NCBI GenBank assembly: GCA_910592345.1
Contig: CAJVPI010000157.1
Span: 1 to 47,868, forward strand
Reading direction: 5' to 3'
Origin: Paraglomus brasilianum
Taxonomy: Eukaryota
DNA: 47,868 nt
Below the pieces are notes generated by a model. That model was given only the letters and a program-made list of their open reading frames with translations. It was not told the DNA's origin and ran no database searches. The first letter of the stretch is position 1. Each line of letters starts with the position of its first letter. The position numbers were made by a program, and so were the translations under genes. Below, one piece after another: positions 39,005 through 47,868 of this stretch.

Positions 39005-40670
39005 CAGTAGTGGCGGAAAATAATGAGGATTTTAAATTTTTTATTACTATTACTCAACCAATTTGTATTCATTTTACATGAAATTTTATCTGCACATTAG
39101 TAACAATGTAAATTTATGAAAATAAAACTTTAGTGGTCAATCGTTAAGCCCCCTTTTTCAATAACAGCCTCTAAACGCTTTTTCATTCCAGAGCATAATA
39201 GATTTATCGATATTATCCCATTCTAATCGGATAATCAGTAAAAAATTATTTAATCCAATTGATTTTTGTGAAATACGTTGATTTGCCCCCTTTTCTTCAT
39301 TATAGCCCATAAGTTTTCTATAGGGTTTAAGTCAGGTGAGTAAGAGGGCCAATCAAGAACTTTTGGGCATTTTTCTTTAAAAAGTTCCTTTGTTAATTTG
39401 GAGTTGTGCGTTCTTTATTTGTTTACACCTGCGATTGAACGCTAAAGGTGTTCCTTTGTTAATTTGGCGGTGTGCTTTGGGTCGTTATCTTGTTGGAAAA
39501 TCCATGATTTCCCCAGTAGATTTGAAGCATTAGAGAAAAGATTTTCCGTTAAAATTCTCCCCGTTCATGTTTTCAGTAAAATAATGAAACCCGATAGCTC
39601 CCTGTGAACAAAAAGCACCCCAAGCATGAACCTTGAACGGATGTTTGACAATTGCACGCCGTGGCTTTTCTTGGCCCACTTTACATCTTATTGCGAAATA
39701 ATTGGAAAGTTGTCTCATCACAAAAGATAAATTTTTTCCAATTTTTGTTAAGATGAGACTTTGCCCATTTGTATTAGCCGTTAACATTGGTACTGAAACT
39801 GGTACACAAACGCGATAGCCGAGGTTATAAAGGTTCTCACAGACTGTCCTTGGTGCAATATTAAGGTTTGGGTAGGTTTGGTTAAGCACATGAGCAATCT
39901 TTACTGCTAGCACATTTTCTTGAATTTGCTAATTTTCCAATATGTATGTGCTTTTCCGCAGTAAAATTTTTTTGGCCTTCCTGGGCAGGATTTAGGTTTT
40001 AGGGAAGCTGCTACCGAAAGTTTTTGTATAAAGTAGATACGGAAATATGTGTTATATTATGAAGCTGAGATACATCATGAATTGTCCCTGTAACTAAATG
40101 CGTAGATGATCTGCAACTGACTGCCAATCACATTTTTTAGCTTAAACTCGAAGAGCGAAAAAAAGGAAAGAATATCGTCACGTCCATGAATAAGTCTCTG
40201 CTACTACTTCAACAAGCACTATTACTATTACTTGCAGATTCTTCTAGCGATAGCGAAGACTTTCCTGATAGAACAAGCTCTGAATCGTCGATCTTTCTTT
40301 TTTTATTATTTTTTTAACATTTTCCATGCGTATTTTGTGTTCACATTCGTTTTCTGATGAGGAACAAAATGGACACAAGTCCGATGTTTGTTCCCACTTT
40401 TAATTACCTAAATTAGAAATACAACACAAATTTGGAAGGTGAAAAAGTGGAACAGAAACAGGAACATGAAATGAATAGGACCTAATAAATTGCTTAGGCA
40501 TTTTTAACAACAAAAATTATAAAAGTAAACAAAGAACGCGTTGTCAGTTCAAATATTGTTTTTATTTATACATCCGTTATATATATAACTTTTTCATAAT
40601 AATAAAACAGGGAGCATGTAAATATTAGATAAAGTAATTACATAAATTCTCATTATTTCCGCCACTACTG
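39005..40670 (-). mobile_element. Tc1/mariner DNA transposon with both TIRs and TA TSD; transposase defective
   Basis: TA|CAGTAGTGGCGGAAAATAATGAG (39005-39027) and CTCATTATTTCCGCCACTACTG|TA (40649-40670). An internal transposase remnant lies on the minus strand. Confidence 0.92.
39130..40030 (-). pseudogene. Tc1-family DDE transposase pseudogene
   Basis: [67 protein letters not shown]. Multiple frameshifts and a stop-containing insertion. Confidence 0.9.
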
Positions 40671-41219
40671 TAAAGGAATCCAAGTATGCGAACACATCGA
40701 ATCTAGCGGAAAGAGAGCCTCTTATTGGTATGTTGTTGGATGTGCTAGTATAATCGGCCATAGTAACAATTATTATTACTAAGCGCAGACAGGCCCCGCC
40801 CCCTGGAACTCAGCTGTAACTAAGTAATAGACAAAGCGGTACACGCGAGAAAGACTTCTATGCTACGGCGGGAAAGATCTTCAATATTTTTACCATTAGA
40901 TAGTTGTCGATAGTGTCACGGCGGTCTTAGCATTTGGGGTGTGGGGGATTGTCTCAACATTATCGGGTTATTTCGCCTATCTGCTTTGCTAAAGATGCAA
41001 CATAACTGAGGCCATTTCTTGATTCCAACGGGATACTGTGCCATTCGAAACCCAGGACCTTTTCTCGCTCGACTAGTGTACTGTATAGGATGCATGCGTT
41101 TGGGCTTGGATAAAGAACGTGCTTCCTGTCTGAGATATCGATAGATTGACTAAACGATGTTACTGACAAAGAGACGTGACGTAATATCCTCCTCGGAGGC
41201 CGGTCGAACATCGGAACTG

Positions 41220-41451
41220 ATAAAATTGCCTTTTTTAGTCGGATAACGACGGAGGGCGGGCAACTTGAATATTCGGATGGTGCCCCCTCGAGATCGAATT
41301 GCTCGTCTCAATGTTCTTCGGCAGAATCAACATGTATATGCTGCCCCTTGTCCATGTGATGAACTCAATTTTCAACACATAGGTCACAACGGGGATAAGT
41401 GAGAAAGACCTTCTTGGCTTGGAAGCTGAATCCGTTTTGTTGTCGAGGCAT
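41220..41451 (-). pseudogene. rep: Endogenous CRESS-DNA (geminivirus/genomovirus or gemini-like plasmid) Rep HUH-endonuclease remnant
   Basis: ATG at 41451: MPRQQNGFSFQAKKVFLTYPRCDL (motif I); HHMDKGQHIHV (motif II, HUH at 41332-41340); FDLEG-HHPNIQVAR; RRYPTKKGNFI (motif III YxxK at 41234-41245). The motifs are collinear across frameshifts and stops. Confidence 0.8.
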
Positions 41452-41960
41452 TTGTTGTTGTTTGTACTTTAGAAAATACCGGGGACTTATATTTATAAAA
41501 CTTCATGTTTACACGAAACTGTTGTGAATTACAAACGCGCCTCGGGCATATTTTCGGAATAGAACATAATACACAGTCACTCTCGATATAATGATCCTAA
41601 GATGAGGGTTTTTTCCTGGAACCAAGTCAGTCATAATAAATTGGACTCGATAATGTAATATTAGGAAAACGGAAACAAGAAAGATTATTATTATTGGCGT
41701 TTATTATCAGTATTATTGTTCAAAATGGGAAAAGGCAGGAGTAAACGTATAAGGTGACGCAGGTGGATGGACAGAGGAATATTACAGGGGTCAGCATAGA
41801 AAGTCCTTCGCTACACTCCGGACAATTTTCGTTGGTCAGCGTCAATCACAAATCATGTTACTGCTCTATTAAAAATATATTATAAGTTTTATCATTTTCG
41901 TTTTTTATTTGGTGATTGACAAATTATTCCATCCTTGTCAGGCCAGAATTGACAGTTCCA

Positions 41961-42090
41961 ATGAGCAACAATATTAATATCTTTTCGTATAATTCATGGC
42001 AACGCTTTGGCAAGGGTTTTTCCAGTGGAGATTGATTCAAACGAAAGCATTGCAGCTCTTAAGGAAGACTATATTTTGAGCGTGGGATAG
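41961..42090 (+). pseudogene. Second Crinkler N-terminal fragment
   Basis: MSNNINIF, frameshift, then IIHGNALARVFPVEIDSNESIAALKE. It shares CGAAAGCATKGCAGCTCTTAAGGAAGA (26/27 nt) with the CRN pseudogene at ~25071-25097. Confidence 0.65.
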
Positions 42091-43315
42091 CACAAATATG
42101 GTTCAGTTGGAGGCCTGTCAGGTATGTATGAATCAACTGTATTTTTTGTGGAGGCTCTTAATTGATGAAAAAAATTGTGAAAATAGACATCCCATAAATG
42201 CAAGTATTAGTATACTGAAATAGAATCTCTCTACAGCATATGGTATTGTAACAGATGCTATAACATGGTAATTTATTGAGTGCAATATGAATGAAAAGCA
42301 GTTCAAGTTCCGAATGTCAAAACCAATCATCATTGTTACGGCGCGCTGATCCGATGATCAGATAAGTAATTCACATGGTAAAATCTTCCTCCGCAATCAC
42401 GCAGATCCCATGATTGACAATTAATTTAGTACGTCTATTGTATTTCAATTTTTGGTAATCGCTAGTTATATAAGCGGCCCTTATCCCATCGTCAAATTCT
42501 CATGTTGTATATGTTATTAGTTTTGTTCATATTATTTTCCACTCCGCGGAATTAAATATCAAATAAACGATTTCCTTTGAAATCGTAATTTTACTTTCTT
42601 TCATCGTTGCAATATTGATTATTTAACCGGATATTAATAAACGGCTCACTTAGGCTGTATAATTTCCGTTGATCTAGTACTCTTAATTGAGGAATGAGAG
42701 TTATTAATTATTATTTAAACGAATATTGTTTATTAGTTTGAGACAAGTGACAGAATTTGACTAGTCAAAATACCAAATCGAAGATAAACCCGTTAATATT
42801 AAATAGAATTTATTCCCCTTTGATTCCGCAATAGAACAATTGTTGTTGTTATTTTATTGTGGGTACCCTTATTTGGAATCACGAGTGATTTGAAGCTCGG
42901 ATAGGGAGTTGAGAAGCGTCGCATTTAATTTAATTATATAAATAGGTCACTTGTAGATTAGAATTCAGTCTTAATTGAACAACTACCGTAAGGGCGGTAG
43001 CACGAAGCTAGTCTGGTAATAACCCCGGTCGGAAGAACACCCCTACGCGATTAGTCGCTCTCCCAAACCCAGACCATCCGAAAAGGACCCAGATGGGTTT
43101 AAGAACATTTGAAGAGGATACTTGATGCAATTACTTTGTTACTTGGTAACATGTTGGATGCGGATGGAATTAAGCAGGCTAGAGTAATGTCAGAGGGAGA
43201 ATCAAACTAATTTCAACTGACCATTAAGATGTGAATATAGTTATTATCAGAGTAGACTTAAAAGTACTGATAATACCCATTTAAATATTAAAGTGATTAT
43301 TTTCAGAATAGCAAC

Positions 43316-43460
43316 GGGTCCGTATTATTTCATCGACAATCATTTCACCGACAGTACATTTCACCGACAATTAACTACCAAAAAAGGATAACTTCGAAAT
43401 AATGTTGGTGAAGATTTGTCGGTGTCGGTGAAATGATTGTCGACGAAATGATTGCCTCCC
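43316..43460. mobile_element. 145-bp MITE with long TIRs, subterminal repeats and an 8-bp TSD (Mutator/Foldback-like; superfamily uncertain)
   Basis: TSD ATAGCAAC at 43308-43315 and 43461-43468; GGG...CCC ends; ATTTCATCGACAATCATTTCACCGACA is mirrored by TGTCGGTGAAATGATTGTCGACGAAAT. Confidence 0.88.
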
Positions 43461-43721
43461 ATAGCAACTATGACAAGGTAATTTGCGGAGTAGGGGTTTC
43501 TTATTTCTTGCTAACCTTTTCAATAATTGCAGAAATTATAAGTACAATATTGTTTGGTAAATGTGATTGATCCATATATTATGAAATTTCATATATTGCA
43601 ACACTCAACTTCATGAAAACTTTTCTGAGATGAGAAACTAATGCTAACTAAAATGATACAATTATGATCTAGTGACTCAAACACTCTTTGAATAAACTTG
43701 TATTTCTGAGACAACGACTTA

Positions 43722-43773
43722 GTGTCTGGGTTCGGAATTGAGGTGACTGGGTTCTAAACCCGAACTCAGACAC
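43722..43773. repeat. Short inverted repeat (13/14 bp arms), probable minimal DNA-transposon remnant
   Basis: GTGTCTGGGTTCGG (43722-43735) versus CCGAACTCAGACAC (43760-43773). Confidence 0.55.
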
Positions 43774-44724
43774 AACAGTGATAAGGTTTCCCTTGCACTT
43801 GCTCCACAAAAGAATCCTGCACCCTTGACAGAATTCTTTGCATCAGTCAACCAAGCAACTAGTTTGGATGATGTTAACTATCCTTGTGCGTAACCAGCTT
43901 AGTCACTGACAATGCGGAAAGATATATACCTCTTAACAAAATATTGAGGAGTTTGTTGAAGTCAGGAAAACAAGCTCAATGCGTCAAACGCATATTGAAG
44001 TGTAGTCTGACTTTGATGTGATAGTATAATTTTGATAATAAGATAATAATAATAATAAAGTCACTATTCTGTGCAACAGTTTTCTGATTTTCTATTCGTT
44101 GTAGTTCTAACAGTACAACCATTCTCAGTGGCGAGTCTGTGACGGGTGGGCGCTGCAATTATGTAAAATTGACCATTGCAATTATGGTTGTGTCTTTGGC
44201 TCAGCTTTCTCAGCTTTACAGCATTCTCTACTACAGAGACATATGTCGCGTTGTTTCAGTCGTCGTATCGGTTGCGTCTTGTTTGGTATCCAGCGAGAAC
44301 GCTTGATGTGAGTATATACAGTACCTGAGCATGGAGAGAGAATGATATCGATTGCATGTTTATAATCGTTTGTTTTTTCATGGTTACTGATACTCTCGGG
44401 TGATATTTATTAGCAGTACTAGGTACCCAATATTTAACGTTGTTTAGTGTGTATTGATTATTACCATTACTATTATCTGTTGATCTTGAAAATTAATCTT
44501 CACGCTCCATTGTTCCTGCAAATCACTTTAAAGAAATTCCAAATTAGGCACCTTCCCTTCTATGGGAACGCAAATCACCTCCCCCTTACACCAATTTCCT
44601 AATCTGTTACCCCCAAGTCCCCATTTGAGAACAACCATAGTAAAATAGAAATTATCCGACTACCCGAAATTATATAAACACCACGACTGCACAATGGATA
44701 CCGATATCGTAATTTCTGATAAAA

Positions 44725-46903
44725 ATGGATTATAAACCGCGTGTTGCAATTATTGGCGCTGGTATGATCGAAGCGAGAATCTTTGGTTTACATAATGGGG
44801 TTTTCAAACAGAAACATTCTCATCGTCCTTTTCATGCTTAAGGCGTTACTGGTTTGACTGCCATTAAGCAATGTTTAGTTGCTGAATTGGAACCTGTCTG
44901 CTTCGAACAGACCGCTCATACCGGCGGATTATGGAGATACACTGAAGTCACCGAGGAAAATCAAAATCCCCAATCTTCTGTGTATCGTAGTATCATTGTC
45001 AATACAAGTAAAGAACATGTATGTAGGTTAATTGATTTGCATTGGACTTTTTCAACAGGCTTCATCATTTATCTTGTGACACAGATGACATTTTCTGATT
45101 TTCCAATTCCGGAAGATTGGCCAACATTTCTTCCGCACTATAAAGTGGCAGAGTAAATATTAAAGATTTACATACATGCATGCGTTATTATTTTGATCCT
45201 AGGACTAATTGCATAATCTCTCTAAGATACTACGACTCGTATGCGGATAATTTCAAGCTATGGCCGCATATCAGATTTAACACAACCGTATTGAACGCGT
45301 CCATGATCCCAGAGACAAAGAAATGGAAAATTGTATCGGTTGAAAAAGGTGGAGAAAAGCAAGAAGAAGAGTTTGACTATGTAATGGTATGTAGTGGCCA
45401 TCACAACGTTCCTCGATTGCCAAATTACCAGGGAATGAAGAAATTCCCTGGTAAACAGATACATGCTCACTTTTACAGAGAGTAAGTAGGTTCGATTGTT
45501 CTTGAATTTAGCAGATGCGTACATTAAAAAAGCTAAACGATGTTATTACAGTCCATTTTCCTACATCGGCAAACGCGTTGTTGTTGTTGGAGTCGGTAAC
45601 AGGTGTGTGTGAGAATGATTATTGTGGTCCTTATACTAAATCGACATCTAACCGTTTTTGCATTGTTTCCAGTGGCATGGATATAGCTGTAGAATTATCT
45701 CACCATGCATCACAAGTCTACGTAGTCTCTCGCAGAGGTATCAAAGTCTTTGTTTATTTGTTCACAGTATTTATTTATTGCGCGTGGCATACTCTACAAT
45801 CGCGTTTTTTCTATAAGGCAGACTTCCCTGGATCCTGCCTCGCAGAGGCCTCTTCGGGCGACCACTGGATCACAGTATCTCGCGCTTCTCCGGCATGCTT
45901 CCTGACTTTGTCCGAAACTTTACTGTACGTCTAGTTATCTCGCTTACCACTGGTCTACCCCCCAAGAACCTCCGTCCGTTATATCCATTTTCTGCTGCTC
46001 AGCCATCAGTAAAGTCTGATTTTCTTGAGCGACTCTCTACTGGGACTATTGTAATAAAACCTGATATATCGTCGTTAGCGAGTGATGGATCCGTGTCGTT
46101 TGTTGACAACACAATCGCTGACAACATTGACGCTATTGTTTATTGTACTGGATACAACTACGAAGTACGCTTTTTGGATAAGGAAATCCTCAATGGAGGA
46201 GATATTGTCAGAGAGAGCTTTGCTGAAGGAGAATATAGGGAGAATATCATTTGGCTGGATAGATTTATGTTTCCTCCAAGGTGTAGTAATATTGCATTTT
46301 TGGGATTTATGCAACAGATTGGAGCGATTATGCCATTGTGGTAAGCGGTTACAATCATCGTTACAGCAATTTCTAATCGTCTTGCTACATGCCATTGAAT
46401 ACCAAAATCATAAAATACCTGCAACATTTGTTCCCCCAAACAGTGAACTCCAAGCTCGCTATGTAACAGCATTGATCAAAGGCGAGGTCCCGCCTCTGCC
46501 ATCACCCGAGGAAATGGACAAGCGTATCATAACTTACCATGCCCGAAATCGTAAACAGTTCTATGAAGCGGCCAGACACACTACGACGGTTGTAATGATG
46601 CCGTATGCCGATATAATTGCAAAGGATATTGGATGTTATCCAACATTAACGAAAGTATTACGGAAACATGGATTTGGGATTTGGAAGAGGGTGTTATTTG
46701 GCGTTCCTACTCCTATGCAAGTGAGTATATTCTTTAAAACTGAGAGAGTGGAGATTGTCGATACAGCGTAAAGAAGTTGTAACTGTTGTTTGAGTATTAA
46801 TAGTATGTGTTGATGATCTGCCTTCTATATTTAGTTTCGATTGCTGGGACCTGATACATGGCCCGATGCCGCCAAATGGATTCGTATATATAACAAAAGC
46901 TGA
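44725..46903 (+). CDS. Flavin-containing monooxygenase (class B FMO), multi-exon
   Basis: FAD motif VAIIGAGVTGL, GGLWRY, NTSKEHMTFSDFP, VMVCSGHH, FMO fingerprint FPGKQIHAHFY, NADPH motif VVVVGVGNSGMD, DAIVYCTGY, SELQARY. The last exon ends FRLLGPDTWPDAAKWIRIYNKS-TGA. Confidence 0.93.
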
Positions 46904-47868
46904 ATGCGACTTTATAAACACCTTTATAATTATTAATGACGACGGTATAATTTATTGACTAAAATGAACTGTGACAACTTGGTCATGCTTGAGAAAGGTC
47001 GGAATTTTTCCAGAACATGACTTGGGATAGTTTAATTTAATAAAAAGTTCGAAGAAATGACTGTCATGCTTTGCAAAGAGACAACAGCGTCTTTAATATT
47101 TAGTATGTCAGGATCACTTATACATACTAACTTTGTTGGACTGACAATTCTTCACCGTGGAAAAGCTATGGACGCGAAGAGTTGTGATAAACTCATACTC
47201 TGAAATACATTATTAATAATTCGTTCCCTGATAAACTATCGGTGTAGTTGTAAAACCGCTAATCCCTATATCGGTTAGGAGGATATTCTCGTGGCATTAC
47301 TCGCTTATGATGAAATGTACGTTTGAATATATACTATATTTAAATAAAGTAGCCACAGCTCCGCCTGAAAGATAGTTAAATCCAAGAGTTAACGACCGAT
47401 TGCTCGTTGACTCGACAATACAGTGTGTTACCAAAAATTGAAGTAATTCTGTCCTGTAAATTCCCCAGGTTGTTTATTTGGTGTGCTATAAATAAATTAC
47501 ATTGAAAAACTAAAATAATTTGAGATGAAAACGTCAAAACGCGAAAATTTTGGCTGAACAGAACCGATGATAATGATTGTGATTACGTTTTGTAAATGTT
47601 ATTATTATGGGTTACAACAATTGTTGGTGCAGCACCAACGGGATCATATGGCCACGACCTGCATTTATAGAGTCAAATACTTAATGGTCTTATAATCTCG
47701 GGACCAAACCAGAGCTTGCATTTAGGGAGGGAAAATATAGTGTCTGCATTATCATAACGATTAGAATAAAGACAAGACAGTTTTTTTTTTGAGAACTCAC
47801 ACAGCGACCTCCCCATTTTGTCCGCATAGATCGAAATGTGATTGGTTGATCATTGATCTTGATAAATT

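Noticed and set aside
40353..40400. CTGATGA followed by a hairpin as a possible hammerhead ribozyme or C/D snoRNA
   Set aside because: No correctly placed GAAA core with stem II, and no box D partner.
40761..40781. TATTATTAC (nanovirus-type nonanucleotide) overlapping a TAGTAA/TTACTA inverted repeat downstream of the Rep remnant
   Set aside because: The nonamer overlaps the stem instead of sitting in the loop of a GC-rich hairpin, and such AT-rich 9-mers are common here. Not supportable as a viral origin.
40960..41211. 83-aa minus-strand ORF as a possible Rep helicase domain
   Set aside because: No Walker A/B or motif C recognisable in the frames read.
41655..41663. TAATATTAC on the minus strand upstream of Rep
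   Set aside because: No flanking stem-loop; likely chance in AT-rich DNA.

Overview
Intron-rich, AT-rich fungal genomic DNA. The expanded-family TKL kinase, the Crinkler remnants and a U12 intron suggest an early-diverging fungus, probably Glomeromycota (arbuscular mycorrhizal fungi); this assignment is an inference. Housekeeping genes: UTP11, RCL1, RPL31 (-), ASF1, trifunctional HIS4, a kinesin-4-like motor, a Sec7/BIG Arf-GEF and a flavin monooxygenase. Also present are a small Zn2Cys6 factor and a probable pseudokinase. Accessory intervals (0-5.2 kb, 24.3-28.4 kb, 38.1-44.7 kb) hold a 5'-truncated LINE, MITEs, a Tc1/mariner element and two Crinkler N-terminal pseudogenes. Most notable observations: (1) a decayed geminivirus/genomovirus/phytoplasma-plasmid-like HUH Rep at 41220-41451 (-), with motifs I, II, the HPNIQ block and III in order, missed by the ORF track; (2) an apparently intact 10-exon, ~364-aa Cullin-1 paralogue that keeps the Skp1-binding N-terminus but stops before the Rbx1/NEDD8 C-terminal domain, and carries a U12-type intron; (3) a duplicated, co-varying, pseudoknot-like motif inside an inverted-repeat-bounded unit just upstream of UTP11. 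Exon boundaries and translations were traced by eye and no database searches were run.
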